64,000 bases of DNA from Chloroflexota bacterium. Lineage in GTDB: Bacteria; Chloroflexota; UBA11872; VXOZ01. The stretch lies in the NCBI GenBank assembly GCA_963662335.2, contig CAXXVD010000005.1:480001-544000 (forward strand), given 5' to 3'. Positions 11,372 to 21,299 of the stretch are shown one piece after another. Position 1 is the first letter of the stretch, and each line of letters starts with the position of its first letter. The position numbers were made by a program, and so were the translations under genes. The notes under the pieces were generated by a model that saw only the letters and a list, made by a program, of their open reading frames with translations, had not been told where the DNA came from and did not search any database.

Positions 11372-11447
11372 TCCGTCATTCCGGCGAAAGCCGGAATCCA
11401 TCTTTACCGCGAGCGCCCTGGATTCCGGCTTTCGCCGGAATGACGGA
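11372..11447. repeat. Family C inverted repeat (TCCGTCATTCCGGCGAAAGCCGGAATCCA), perfect 29-bp arms
   Basis: Arms at 11372-11400 and 11419-11447; single arms at 35891-35917 and 40714-40741. Confidence 0.85.
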
Positions 11448-11510
11448 GGCGGGAATCACCAAGGCTGTCCGCCGGCCACACAAGGGAATCAAGAGTGATT
11501 GAACATCTCT

Positions 11511-11638
11511 CCGTTCGTGCTGAGCTTGTCGAAGCATGAACGGAGAGATGTGTGTGGAGATATTCTACCCGTTTCCTGCGCCGTTCACCCTTCGACGACG
11601 CTCAGAGCTTGCCCCGTACTCGATACGGGGGCGAACGG
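11511..11638. repeat. Family A element with nested CCCCGTACTCGATACGGGG hairpin
   Basis: Arms and spacer homologous to 9947-10050; right arm interrupted by a hairpin at 11612-11630. Confidence 0.8.
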
Positions 11639-11706
11639 TATGCGCGCATATTTACATGGCAATGACGGAGCGGGAAGTGTTGTTTTCATGGTAGCGACGG
11701 CGAGCA

Positions 11707-12900
11707 ATGTCCAATAGCCGGCGCACTGTGCGCATCCTCGTAACCGGCGGCGGTTCCGGCGGCCACGTCACGCCGGCGCTTGCCACCATCGATTCAATCG
11801 CGGCGCTGGCCGACCGCGACGGCGGCTGGCGGCCCGCCTTCCTCTACGTGGGCAGTTACGCGGGCGTAGAACGGCAGATGGCGGAGGCCGCCGGACTACC
11901 CTTCACCGCCATCGCCACCGGCAAATTGCGCCGCTCGCGGCATGTGCTCGGCCACTTCTCCTGGCGCAATCTCCTCGACGCGCTGCGGCTGCCCTGGGGC
12001 GTCCTGCAAGCGCTGTTAACAATCGTGCGCTTTCGACCCCACGTGGTTCTGAGCACCGGCGGTTTCGTCTGTGTGCCGCCGGCGCTTGCCGCCTGGCTGC
12101 TGCGCGTGCCGGTACTCACCCATGAACAGACGGTGCAGATGGGATTGGCGAACCGCATCGCCTCGCGCTTCGCGGCCCGCATTGCCTTGACTTACGAGTC
12201 CGCGCGTGACGAACTGCCGCCGCCCCTGCGCGCCAAGACGCTGCTCACCGGCAACCCGGTGCGCGCGGCAGTGTTCGGCGGCGACCCGGCAACCGCCCGC
12301 GCGCTCAGCGGGTTCACCGACGGCGATGCCCTGCCGACCGTCTACGTCACCGGCGGCGCTCAGGGCGCGCAGCACGTCAACCGGGCCGTGCAGGAGGCGC
12401 TGCCCGACCTCCTTGAAATGTGCCGCATCATTCATCAATGCGGCCGCCAAGCCAGCAGCGGCCTATCCGAGCGCGAACGGCTGGAGCGTGCCCGCGCCGC
12501 GCTGCCGCCGCCTCTGCAACCGCGCTACCACGTCATAGACTTCGTGACGGACGAGATCGGCCACGTCTACGCGCTGGCGGACCTCGTGGTCGGCCGCGCC
12601 GGCGCGGGCACGCTGGCGGAACTCTTCGCGCTGGGCAAACCGTCCCTGCTCATTCCCCTCGTGCCGACCGGCGGCGACGAACAGCGGCGCAACGCCCAGC
12701 ACGCCCAGCACGCCGGCGCGGCAGTCGTCATCGAACAAGATGACTTCAGCGGTGAACGCTTATGTAAAGCCGCGGGCGAACTCCTGGCAGACCCGGCGCA
12801 ACTGCAAACGATGGCGCGCGCCGCGAAAGACCTCGCGCAGCCCGACGCCGCGCAACGCCTGGCGGAAGCCGTGATCGCCTTGGCACATCAGGGCAATTGA
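11707..12900 (+). CDS. murG: Undecaprenyl-PP-MurNAc-pentapeptide N-acetylglucosaminyltransferase
   Basis: TGGGSGGHVTP, TGKLRR, STGGFVCVP, HEQ, GLANR, TGNPVR, TGGAQGA, RAGAGTLAE, EQRRNA. Confidence 0.92.
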   Translation: MSNSRRTVRILVTGGGSGGHVTPALATIDSIAALADRDGGWRPAFLYVGSYAGVERQMAEAAGLPFTAIATGKLRRSRHVLGHFSWRNLLDALRLPWGVLQALLTIVRFRPHVVLSTGGFVCVPPALAAWLLRVPVLTHEQTVQMGLANRIASRFAARIALTYESARDELPPPLRAKTLLTGNPVRAAVFGGDPATARALSGFTDGDALPTVYVTGGAQGAQHVNRAVQEALPDLLEMCRIIHQCGRQASSGLSERERLERARAALPPPLQPRYHVIDFVTDEIGHVYALADLVVGRAGAGTLAELFALGKPSLLIPLVPTGGDEQRRNAQHAQHAGAAVVIEQDDFSGERLCKAAGELLADPAQLQTMARAAKDLAQPDAAQRLAEAVIALAHQGN

Positions 12901-12943
12901 CCGGCAGAGCGACTCCGCAATCCTTGCATGCGCCAGGTAAGCC

Positions 12944-12999
12944 GTTGACGGTTGAGATGGGAAAAGCCCAAGTTGACGGTTGAGATTGGGTAAGCGCAA
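12944..12999. repeat. Two-copy 28-bp tandem repeat (GTTGACGGTTGAGAT core)
   Basis: Copies start at 12944 and 12972; 15-bp identical core. Confidence 0.7.
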
Positions 13000-13031
13000 G
13001 AAGACACAACGCCTCGGCTGGCTCGGGCACA

Positions 13032-13130
13032 TGTCATTCCGAACGGAGCGCAGTGAGGAATCTCGTGCGGTTGTGCCGCGGGATGCATTGCGGCATGGAC
13101 CCTAGATTCCTCGCTGCGCTCGGAATGACA
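13032..13130. repeat. Family B inverted repeat (TGTCATTCCGA..GAGGAATCT / AGATTCCTCGCTGCGCTCGGAATGACA)
   Basis: Right arm identical in four copies across the window. Confidence 0.85.
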
Positions 13131-13212
13131 GCAGTCTTGCGTTTGGAATGACGGGAACAGTCTACATCGCCGCGTGGGAGTGGCGCTCTATCAACGCACT
13201 CCACAAATTGCG

Positions 13213-13761
13213 CTACTCTTCGTTCGCGGCATAGATACTGAACATCGAGTCGCCGTGCTGGCGGGATCGCAGCAGGCGCAGCCGGCCCCACTGCTCGGCG
13301 GGTAGATTCTTCTTCCAGTGTCCCACGACGACTATCGTGTGCTCGTGAATCACATTCGCCGCAGCCAGCGCCGGCAGCCAGTCTTCATGCGCCACCGTGT
13401 GGTAGGGCGGGTCGGCCAGAATGAGGTCGTACGGCTCGCGCAGGCGCGTGAGCGCGCCCGGCACGCGCCCCTGGATCACCCGCGCCCGCTGGTGCAGGGA
13501 CGCCGCGCGCAGGTTTTCGCGGATTGCGCGGCACGCGGCCGGCAGCGCGTCGACGAAATCGCACCACGCCGCGCCCCGGCTCAGGGCCTCGATCCCCAGC
13601 GCGCCCGTGCCCGCAAAGAGTTCCAGCACGCGCCCGCTTTCGCCGCGCTCGCCCAACGAATTGAAGATCGCCTGCTTGACTTTATCGAGCGTTGGCCGCA
13701 CCTGCGCCGTCTTGGGGGCGCGCAAACGCCGCCCGGCGGCCGTTCCACTGATGACGCGCAT
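13213..13761 (-). CDS. rsmD: 16S rRNA (guanine(966)-N2)-methyltransferase
   Basis: MRVISGTAAGRRL, RPT.DKVKQAIFN, LFAGTGALGIEALSRGA, DPPY; start trimmed to MRVISG. Confidence 0.93.
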   Translation of the reverse strand: MRVISGTAAGRRLRAPKTAQVRPTLDKVKQAIFNSLGERGESGRVLELFAGTGALGIEALSRGAAWCDFVDALPAACRAIRENLRAASLHQRARVIQGRVPGALTRLREPYDLILADPPYHTVAHEDWLPALAAANVIHEHTIVVVGHWKKNLPAEQWGRLRLLRSRQHGDSMFSIYAANEE

Positions 13762-13793
13762 GTTCGGCCCCCATCTCCTGAAGCAGCGTCGCC

Positions 13794-14471
13794 CTAAATC
13801 GAGACGTGCGGAAAGTCTCGATAGAGCAATTCGGTCTGCACGCACAACCGGTAGAAGTAGCGGTCGGCCTGGATGACGAAGTCCGCTGCCTGAATACGTT
13901 GTTCGGCGACCCAGGCCTCATTGGGATGGCACCGCTGATTGCAGAGCGCCTTGACCGTAATGTAAGCGCGCTTTCCGGCGAAGAGTTCGAGTGCGCTTGG
14001 AACCGGCAATTCTACCAAGGCAGAAACCTCGGCCGGGTTCGGCGTGAAAGCGGCGAGCGGCAGGTTGGCCCGGTGCAGGAAGACATACTGCACCTCGTAG
14101 TCACGCACGCCCGGCTCCACGTCGCTCGCGGCCTGGCGCACCCCCAGCGGCACGAGTTCGTTCATGGCAAGGGTGAGGCCGATCTCCTCTTGCGACTCGC
14201 GCAGGGCATCTTCCACGGACTCACCCGCCGCCAGGTGTCCGCCGACGGTAGCGTCCAACTTCCCCGGCGACGTATCCTTGTTCTCCGCCCGCCGCTGGAA
14301 GACCACGTACGGCGTGCCGTTAGCATACTGTCCCACCACCCAGCAGTGAATTGCGCGGTGCCAATCGCCGTCCCGGTGCACGTCGGCGCGGCGCTTGCGC
14401 AGTCCCAGCGGACGGCCCAGCGAATCACACACGTCGAAAAGCTCATCCGGATCGGAGTAGGGATTGCTCAC
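13794..14471 (-). CDS. NUDIX hydrolase (IPP-isomerase-like fold)
   Basis: VHRDGDWHRAIHCW, QRR...K...PG, GGHLAAGE......RESQEEIG Nudix box. Confidence 0.85.
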   Translation of the reverse strand: MSNPYSDPDELFDVCDSLGRPLGLRKRRADVHRDGDWHRAIHCWVVGQYANGTPYVVFQRRAENKDTSPGKLDATVGGHLAAGESVEDALRESQEEIGLTLAMNELVPLGVRQAASDVEPGVRDYEVQYVFLHRANLPLAAFTPNPAEVSALVELPVPSALELFAGKRAYITVKALCNQRCHPNEAWVAEQRIQAADFVIQADRYFYRLCVQTELLYRDFPHVSI

Positions 14472-16942
14472 GATAGTTCGCTCTCCACCTGCCAGAAATC
14501 GGCCACGCGCTTGGCAAGCCCCGCGTGCTGCGGCTTGCTCAGCGTAGGGTCTCCCGCGAACAGCCTCTTGGCTTCCCGCCGCGCGAGTTCCAGCGTCGCC
14601 AGATCCGAGAGCTTGGCGACTTTGAGGGCGGGCAGACCGGCCTGGCGCGTGCCAAAGAACTCGCCCGGCCCGCGCAGCATCAGGTCCTGTTCCGCCAGCG
14701 CGAAGCCGTCGCGCTTCTCCTCCAGGATGCGCAGCCGTTCGTTCTCTACCGCATTGGCCGAGTCCGAGAGCAGCAGGCAGTATGACTTATGCTCGCCGCG
14801 TCCCACCCGGCCCCGGAACTGGTGCAGTTGCGCCAGGCCGAACCGCTCGGCGCTCTCGATCATCATCACCGTCGCGTTCGGCACGTCGATGCCGACCTCC
14901 ACCACCGGCGTGCTCACCAGGATGTCGGTTTCGCCGGCCGCGAAGGCGCGCATCACCTTCTCCTTCTGCCGGCTCGTCAACCTCCCGTGGAGCAAGTCAA
15001 CCGTGCACTGGGTGAACACCTCTTTTTGCAAACGCTTGAACTCGCTCTTGGCGGCGCGCACCTGTAGCGTTTCCGAATCTTCGATGAGCGGAAAGATTAT
15101 GAACGCCTGGCGTCCTTGGGCCACCTGCTTGTTGACAAAGCCGTAGACCTCGTTGCGTTTCTCCTGCGGCGCCCAGCGCGTCGCGATCGGCAAGCGGCCG
15201 GCGGGCAACTCGCGTATCGTGGATACGTCCAGGTCGCCGTAGAGCGTGAGCGCCAGCGAGCGCGGGATTGGCGTCGCCGTCATCACCAGCACGTGGGGAT
15301 TGCGCCCCTTGCGCCGCAAGACCGCGCGTTGCCGCACGCCGAACCGGTGCTGCTCGTCCGCGATTGCCAGACCCAGGTTGCCAAACACCACGTCGTCCTG
15401 GATCACGGCGTGGGTGCCTACCAGCAGGTGCAGCGCGCCGGCTTCCAGTTCCGCCAGCATCTCCCGCCGCCGTTTCTTGCGCGTGCTGCCGGTCAGCAGG
15501 GCGCAGCGCACGCCAAACGGCTCCAGGAAACGCCTGAAGGTGACGATGTGCTGCTCCGCCAGCACCTCCGTCGGGGCCATCACGACCGTTTGCAATCCGT
15601 GCTTGGCCATCTGCAGCGCCGCCGCCGCCGCGACCACCGTCTTGCCCGAACCCACGTCGCCCTGCAAGAGGCGGTTCATGGCCGCCGGTTTGCTCACGTC
15701 ATCGAGAATTTCCGTGAGCGCCTCCTGCTGGCCGTCCGTCAGCGCAAAGGGCAGCGACTCGAGGAACGCCTGGGTTAGCTCCGCGTCAACCGCCACCGGC
15801 ACGCCGGGCTGATCGAGTTGCCACTCCCGGCGGCGCAGCAGCGCCCCAAGCTGGATGCAGAAGAACTCGTCGAAGGCCAGCCGCTGCACCGCCCGCTGCC
15901 GCTGCCGCTCGTTAGCCGGAAAGTGCAACTGGCCCAGCGCCTCTTGCGCGCCCATGAGCGAATTGCGCACCAGGACTTCCTCCGGCACCACCTCTTCCAC
16001 CCCGTGCAGCGCCATGTCGAGCGCGGAGCGCACCCAGCGGCGCAGCCACTTGGCCGAGAGATTGGCCGTCAGCGGGTAGACCGGCACCAGGCGGCCCACG
16101 TGCAGCCCCTTCTCCGGGCTTTCGGCAAACTCGTACTCCGGCGAGCGCAATTCCAACCCTGAGCGGCTGATCTCCACCTTGCCCGCCACCGTCACGCGCC
16201 GCTTGTTCGTCAGGCTCTGCTGCAAGTACGGCTGGTTGAACCAGACCGCCCGGATGTAGCCCGTCTTGTCCGCCAGCGCCGCCTCGGTAATCGTCATGCG
16301 GCCCTGGGTAACGCGCCGGTTTTCCACCTGCATGACGTTCGCCACGAAGGTGGCCTCTTCGCCGGGCTTGAGATCGGCAATCGTCTTGATGAGGCTGCGG
16401 TCGATGTGCCGGTGCGGAAAGTGGTGGATGAGGTCGCCCAACGTGGTCAGGCCGAGCTTTTCCAGCCGCTTGGCGTCTTCCGTCTTTAGCATGGGCACAA
16501 CGGTGAGAGAAGAATCGAGAGCGGCGCGGGGCGACTTGGCGCGCGGCTTGCGCGGGCGGGCGGCGCGCTGCGCCGCCTTTTTCTGAGGGGCCGCCGGCGG
16601 CGGCTTGGCCGGGGCGGGCGCGGCAGCCGTACGCGGACCCCGCTCTTGTGGCTCGCCGCGCGGGGCGGCAGATTCCGCGCCGCCACCGAGGATTCGCAGC
16701 ACGTTCTTGACCCGCGCTTCCCGTTCCGCCGGGTCCAGCGCCTGGTAGCCCTCCAGCGCGCGCCCGATCTCGCCGAGGCTCCGGGCCTTCTCCGCGCCGC
16801 CGCGGGCGCTCTCCGCTTCCCAATTGGCGAGAAACCGCTCCAGGCCGCCAATCACCGCGCCGTCGTCATACCCCCGCCGCGCCTCTTGCCGCAGAATGCG
16901 GCGCAAGGTCTCGCTGCGGTCGCGCGGTGCGGAACGGAGCAT
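14468..16942 (-). CDS. recG: ATP-dependent DNA helicase RecG
   Basis: WFNQPY wedge domain, RLLQGDVGSGKT, DEQHRFGVRQR, MTATPIPRSL, EVGIDVPNA, RFGLAQLHQFRGRVGRG, RGPGEFFG. Confidence 0.97.
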   Translation of the reverse strand: MLRSAPRDRSETLRRILRQEARRGYDDGAVIGGLERFLANWEAESARGGAEKARSLGEIGRALEGYQALDPAEREARVKNVLRILGGGAESAAPRGEPQERGPRTAAAPAPAKPPPAAPQKKAAQRAARPRKPRAKSPRAALDSSLTVVPMLKTEDAKRLEKLGLTTLGDLIHHFPHRHIDRSLIKTIADLKPGEEATFVANVMQVENRRVTQGRMTITEAALADKTGYIRAVWFNQPYLQQSLTNKRRVTVAGKVEISRSGLELRSPEYEFAESPEKGLHVGRLVPVYPLTANLSAKWLRRWVRSALDMALHGVEEVVPEEVLVRNSLMGAQEALGQLHFPANERQRQRAVQRLAFDEFFCIQLGALLRRREWQLDQPGVPVAVDAELTQAFLESLPFALTDGQQEALTEILDDVSKPAAMNRLLQGDVGSGKTVVAAAAALQMAKHGLQTVVMAPTEVLAEQHIVTFRRFLEPFGVRCALLTGSTRKKRRREMLAELEAGALHLLVGTHAVIQDDVVFGNLGLAIADEQHRFGVRQRAVLRRKGRNPHVLVMTATPIPRSLALTLYGDLDVSTIRELPAGRLPIATRWAPQEKRNEVYGFVNKQVAQGRQAFIIFPLIEDSETLQVRAAKSEFKRLQKEVFTQCTVDLLHGRLTSRQKEKVMRAFAAGETDILVSTPVVEVGIDVPNATVMMIESAERFGLAQLHQFRGRVGRGEHKSYCLLLSDSANAVENERLRILEEKRDGFALAEQDLMLRGPGEFFGTRQAGLPALKVAKLSDLATLELARREAKRLFAGDPTLSKPQHAGLAKRVADFWQVESELS

Positions 16943-16948
16943 AGCGCC

Positions 16949-18586
16949 TCATTCAAGGGTCAGCAGGTAGGGGTAGTGCGGCTGGCCGCCAAAGACGACC
17001 TCGATCTCAAGCGCCGGGAATTTGACGCCGAGCCGCTCGCTGAGCGCCTGCGCCTCATCTTCCGCTACGCCGGCGCCGTGGTAGCATGTGAGCAGTTCGG
17101 CGGTCTCCGGCCCCATGCGCGCGATCGCCGCCGCCAACGCGGCGTCGAGATCATCGTTCGCGGCGCACACCCGGTTGTTTGCCAGCGCCAGCCACTGGCC
17201 TTGCGCCACGGCCACGCCGTCCACGGTGGCGTCGCGGGTGGCCAGGGTCACCGCGCCGTACGGCGTGCCGGCGGCCGCCTCTTGCATCGCCGCTGCATTT
17301 TCTTCCGGCTCTTGGCCTTCCTGATACGCCATGAGCGCCGCGATGCCCTGCGCCATCGAAAACGTCGGCAGCACGTGCACGACGGTTTCCGTTAAGTCGC
17401 GCGTTTGCTCCGCTGAGAGAATGACGTTCTTGTCGTTGGGCAGGATGAGCACGTGGCGCGCATTGGCGGCCTCGATCGCGCGGTGGATATCCTGGGTGCT
17501 GGGGTTCATGGTGGGACCGCCGCTCACCACGGCCGCGCCCATCTCCTCGTAGATCTCCCGCAGTCCCGCGCCGTCCGCCACGGCCACCACGCACTGCGCC
17601 CGCGTTTCAGCCGGCGCCGCCGGCGGCGCCTCGATGCCGGGCAGGTCCCCGTCGGCCAGCGCCGATTGCAGCCGTTCGTACTGGTCGTCCATGTTGAAGA
17701 TTTCGATGCGGTGGAGGTGGCCCGCGCCGCGCGCCAGCGCGAGCACATCGCCGGGGTTCTCCGTGTGCACGTGCACCCGCACCAGGTCCTCATCACCCAC
17801 CACGACCACCGAATCGCCCCGTTCCGCCACCGCCTGGCGCATCTCCATCACGTCCAACGCCGCGCCGCTCACCAGGAAGCCCGTGCAGTAGCCGTAGAGG
17901 GTCTCCGTAACCGCGGCGATCTCCGGCAGCAAGGCGCGCTCGCCGGTGGGCAGGGCCACTGCCTCGACCGGTTCGCCGGTGGCGTAGCGCCGCGCCCCTT
18001 CCAGCAGAAGCCAGAGCCCCTGCCCGCCGGCGTCCACCACGCCGGCGTCTCGCAGCACGTCCAGCAACTGGGGCGTACGCGCCACGGAGCGTTCCGCCGC
18101 GGCAACCGCCGTTGCCAGCATCTCGCGTATCTCGGTACCCGGGCCGAGCGCCGCGCACGCTTCCGCCGTATCGCGCGCCACCGTGAGCATCGTGCCTTCC
18201 TGCGGCTCCTGCAGGGCCGCATAAGACGAGTCCGCCGCGGCGCGCAGCGCCCGCGCCAGCCCGCCGACCGAAATCTCGGCAGAATCCGCCAGCGCGTCCG
18301 CCACCCCGCGCAGGCACTGGGAAAAGATGACGCCGGAATTGCCCCGCGCGCCCATCAACGCGCCGCGATAGACCGCTTGCGCCACCTCACCGGCGTGGCC
18401 GCTATCCGCCGCCTTGCCGGCTTGCAAGGCGGCTTCCAACGTGAGGAGCATGTTCGTGCCGGTATCGCCGTCGGGCACGGGAAAGACGTTCAGCCGGTTG
18501 ATTTCCTCTTTATTGGCCGCCAGCAGATGGTAGCCGTACTCCAAGGCCCCAATCAGGCTGGCGCCGTCGCAGCGCGCTGCTGCCAT
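16949..18586 (-). CDS. DAK2 domain protein / fatty acid kinase catalytic subunit (FakA/YloV-like)
   Basis: LNVFPVPDGDTGTNM, GARGNSGVI, EGTMLTV, VVDAGG, YGYCT, VHVHT, TMNPST, LPNDKN, GGQPHY; start uncertain (18586 or 18619). Confidence 0.92.
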   Translation of the reverse strand: MAAARCDGASLIGALEYGYHLLAANKEEINRLNVFPVPDGDTGTNMLLTLEAALQAGKAADSGHAGEVAQAVYRGALMGARGNSGVIFSQCLRGVADALADSAEISVGGLARALRAAADSSYAALQEPQEGTMLTVARDTAEACAALGPGTEIREMLATAVAAAERSVARTPQLLDVLRDAGVVDAGGQGLWLLLEGARRYATGEPVEAVALPTGERALLPEIAAVTETLYGYCTGFLVSGAALDVMEMRQAVAERGDSVVVVGDEDLVRVHVHTENPGDVLALARGAGHLHRIEIFNMDDQYERLQSALADGDLPGIEAPPAAPAETRAQCVVAVADGAGLREIYEEMGAAVVSGGPTMNPSTQDIHRAIEAANARHVLILPNDKNVILSAEQTRDLTETVVHVLPTFSMAQGIAALMAYQEGQEPEENAAAMQEAAAGTPYGAVTLATRDATVDGVAVAQGQWLALANNRVCAANDDLDAALAAAIARMGPETAELLTCYHGAGVAEDEAQALSERLGVKFPALEIEVVFGGQPHYPYLLTLE

Positions 18587-18689
18587 CTGCGCCTCTTGTG
18601 TGGTTGTAGAATCAGACACGGCTTTCGCTTTCAATACTGCGACTAGCGAACTGCCCAGCTTTCGGGGGCAGGCGCCCAATCTCTCCGCC

Positions 18690-18767
18690 TGTCATTCTGA
18701 GGAGCGCAGCGACGAAGAATCTACTGCGCGCGCATCCCATAGATTCCTCGCTGCGCTCGGAATGACA
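18690..18767. repeat. Family B inverted repeat
   Basis: TGTCATTCTGAGGAGCGCAGCGACGAAGAATCT ... AGATTCCTCGCTGCGCTCGGAATGACA. Confidence 0.85.
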
Positions 18768-18826
18768 ATAGTCACGGCCCGCCGCAACAGCTCAGAATCC
18801 TTCAGCAATTCCAACGGCGCACGCCA

Positions 18827-18856
18827 TTGAGCACGCGGACAATTCTATGCTACTAT
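18827..18856 (+). promoter_or_regulatory. Putative sigma-70/A promoter of rpmB (TTGAGC-N18-TACTAT, extended -10 TG)
   Basis: Consensus-like hexamers upstream of a ribosomal protein gene. Confidence 0.45.
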
Positions 18857-18943
18857 TGGACACGTGGTACGCTCATCATAGCGACAGAATGAACGCGCGG
18901 TCAACACAGGAACCGACGACCAACCGAACTGAGGAAATCGCTC

Positions 18944-19156
18944 ATGGCAGTTTGTGAGATGTGCGGCAAGGGCGCGCAGGTAGGCCACAACATCCAGCAC
19001 CAGGCCTCCGGCCAGTGGCGCTACCGGGCCCCCAAGACCCGCCGCGTATGGAAAGCCAACGTCCAGAAAGTGCGCCTGCTCGTGGACGGGCAACTCAAGA
19101 AGGTCAGCATCTGCACCCGCTGCCTCCGCACCCAGGCCAAAGCCCCGGCGGTCTAG
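18944..19156 (+). CDS. rpmB: 50S ribosomal protein L28
   Basis: CEMCGK..QVGHN, KTRRVWKANVQKV, ICTRCLR; GAGG RBS; divergent from the DAK2 gene as in many Terrabacteria. Confidence 0.95.
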   Translation: MAVCEMCGKGAQVGHNIQHQASGQWRYRAPKTRRVWKANVQKVRLLVDGQLKKVSICTRCLRTQAKAPAV

Positions 19157-19297
19157 CCGCCCCCGCGCGCCATTCTTTACGGCGAAGACTCTCGCCTAAC
19201 GCGGTTCGACAAACGCAGAAATTGCCTCATCCTGGGGAGAGGGTAAGAGCGCCGCCGCCAGGCATTCTCTTGGCCGGCCCACGGCGATTGGCCTACC

Positions 19298-20011
19298 TTA
19301 CCGCAAAGTCACCAGCACTTCGTTCCGCCGGAACCACGGAATCGTAAACGGCGGATCATACGTTGCGATCTTCCAATCACCCAGGTGTTCCAGGCCGCGC
19401 GCGTCCAGCCAGGCGGCCAGTCTTGCTCTGTGGCGCTCGGCGCTTTCGTTGCCGAGCCTGCCGCTGAAGCGGATGCTGGCGACTCTGCGCTCTGCCACCG
19501 CGCGAATCGTCACGCGCTTGTCGGTTGGCAGCGGGGCGGTGTCCGGCGTATAGCCTTCCGGCAGGATGAAGGCCATCGTCCAGGTGTCGATCTCTGCTCC
19601 GGCCAGCCTCTCGGCATTCGACCGCCCGCCGGACGGGCGCGGTTCCACCAGCACCGGCACCGTCATCGCCATCTCTTGCGACTTGGACGCGCCCGCGGGT
19701 TCGACCAGCACGGGCGTGGTCATATCCATGCTCTGCCGGCGGCGATTGGCGCCGGTAATGTAGCCGTAGAGCGGCGCAAACGAGCCATTCGTCGCCCGGT
19801 CGAAGGAGCCGGTCAGCGTCACTTCCGCCAGCACGTAGCCCGCGTAGTCGCGAATCTCGATGTTGCCGTCCTTCACGGCAACGTCGTATGCCGGCTGGCC
19901 GTATTCGCTGCCGAACAACGAACCAAACAGTATCGACCTGAAGAGAAACGCTCCGGATCCCAGTAAGACCAGCACAACCAGTGCCATCGCCGCGCTCCGT
20001 TTCCTGCCCAT
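19298..20011 (-). CDS. SOUL heme-binding family protein
   Basis: QPAYDV, IEIRDY, LYGYITGAN, MTTPV/MTVPV, MAFILP, RFSG, YDPPFTIPWFRRNEV; N-terminal hydrophobic anchor. Confidence 0.88.
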   Translation of the reverse strand: MGRKRSAAMALVVLVLLGSGAFLFRSILFGSLFGSEYGQPAYDVAVKDGNIEIRDYAGYVLAEVTLTGSFDRATNGSFAPLYGYITGANRRRQSMDMTTPVLVEPAGASKSQEMAMTVPVLVEPRPSGGRSNAERLAGAEIDTWTMAFILPEGYTPDTAPLPTDKRVTIRAVAERRVASIRFSGRLGNESAERHRARLAAWLDARGLEHLGDWKIATYDPPFTIPWFRRNEVLVTLR

Positions 20012-20245
20012 TCGCGTCTTCCTTTTTGTTCAAGCCTTTATTTTCATTATTCCATAGAATCTAAGCTGATGCGCAGGCCGTTGGAGGGATAGCAAGGCTC
20101 GTTGGCGCAGGCCCTCTTCTTCCAGTGGAATCCTTTGGGTAGCTCTGCCAAACAGTTTCATTGGCGCGGGGCAAGCGCCGGTTCGCCCTTTACCTCAGCC
20201 CTCTCCTCGGCTGGCAGGGGCTGGTAGTCTATGATCGAATTTACG

Positions 20246-20328
20246 TGTCATTCCGAGCGCAGCGAGGAATCTATAGCGCATCCCTGCAAAACTAGCACCA
20301 TAGATTCCTCGCTGCGCTCGGAATGACA
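20246..20328. repeat. Family B inverted repeat (perfect 28-bp arms)
   Basis: TGTCATTCCGAGCGCAGCGAGGAATCTA ... TAGATTCCTCGCTGCGCTCGGAATGACA. Confidence 0.88.
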
Positions 20329-20425
20329 TGTGAATACTGCTGTCAGCCGTCCCGTCAGCGAATGGGAGCGCCTACCTTGCCGGCCGCGGCAGCGCCGCCA
20401 AAGCAGGAGGATCCACTCAAGCGCC

Positions 20426-21196
20426 ATGCCAGATTCGCCACAAAGCGCGCGTCCCGCCGTGCGGCTTGACCGTTTGCTGGTAGAACGGCGGTATTTTCCC
20501 AGCCGCGAGAAAGCCGCCTTCAGCATTCGCGCGGGCGGCGTGCAGGTGGATGGGCGCGTGCTCACCAAGCCGGCGGCGCCGGTGAATCCCGATGCCCGCA
20601 TCGAGGTTGACGCGGGGAGCGCGCTCCGCGTCGGGCGCGGTGAGCGCAAGTTGGCCGGCGTGCTGGAGCGCTTTGGCATCGATTGCGCCGGCAAGATCGC
20701 GCTGGACGTGGGCAGCGGGGCCGGCGGCTTCACGTGGCGGCTCCTAGAACAGGGCGCGGCGCGGGTCTACGCCGTGGACGTGGGCCGCAATCAACTTGAC
20801 CCGGCTCTGCGCGCCGACCGCCGGGTCACCGTCTACGAGCAGACCGACGTGCGCAGTCTCACGGCGCTGCCGGAAGCGCCCCACTTAGCCGTAATCGACG
20901 TCTCGTTCATCTCATTGTGGGCCGTGCTGCCGCCGGTAAGCGCCCTGGTCCGCCCCAACGCGGGCATCGTGGCCTTGCTCAAGCCGCAGTTTGAAATTGC
21001 CACCATTACACTGGGCAGAGGCGACTCGCCCCGAAACCGCCAGACGCGGCGGCGCATCCGGGACGCTTTCATAGACTGGTGCGCGCAAGCGGGATTTGCC
21101 GTGCGGGGCGAGGTGGAAAGTCCGCTGCCCGGCAAGCACGGCGCCCGTGAGACCTTCTTCCATCTCACGTCCACAGCGCGCGCCAGCCGGCCGTAG
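20426..21196 (+). CDS. tlyA: TlyA family rRNA (cytidine-2'-O)-methyltransferase
   Basis: S4 domain RLDRLLVER..FPSREKA, LDVGSGAGGFT, AVDVG..QL, DVSFISL, LKPQFE. Confidence 0.9.
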   Translation: MPDSPQSARPAVRLDRLLVERRYFPSREKAAFSIRAGGVQVDGRVLTKPAAPVNPDARIEVDAGSALRVGRGERKLAGVLERFGIDCAGKIALDVGSGAGGFTWRLLEQGAARVYAVDVGRNQLDPALRADRRVTVYEQTDVRSLTALPEAPHLAVIDVSFISLWAVLPPVSALVRPNAGIVALLKPQFEIATITLGRGDSPRNRQTRRRIRDAFIDWCAQAGFAVRGEVESPLPGKHGARETFFHLTSTARASRP

Positions 21197-21224
21197 CGCG
21201 GGGGCTTGTCCCCCGCCTCTTGGC
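21192..21224 (+). repeat. Family D GTAG-type REP (GTAGCGCGGGGGCTTGTCCCCCGC)
   Basis: GTAG followed by GCGGGGG/CCCCCGC stem; identical inverted copy at 56644-56676; supplies the tlyA stop codon. Confidence 0.8.
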
Positions 21225-21299
21225 GTGATACGCGATCCCTGTCCCCGCCAACGCGCGTACAGAGCCGGCACGGTATCCGGGCGGAACTAACGGAATCGC

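Noticed and set aside
11316-11717. Small ORFs containing PFVLSLSKHER / SFRRKPES / CHSERSEES peptides
   Set aside because: These are translations of the palindromic repeat families, not independent genes.
11707-12900. murG outside a dcw cluster as a novelty
   Set aside because: Stand-alone murG copies are common; nothing else unusual was seen.
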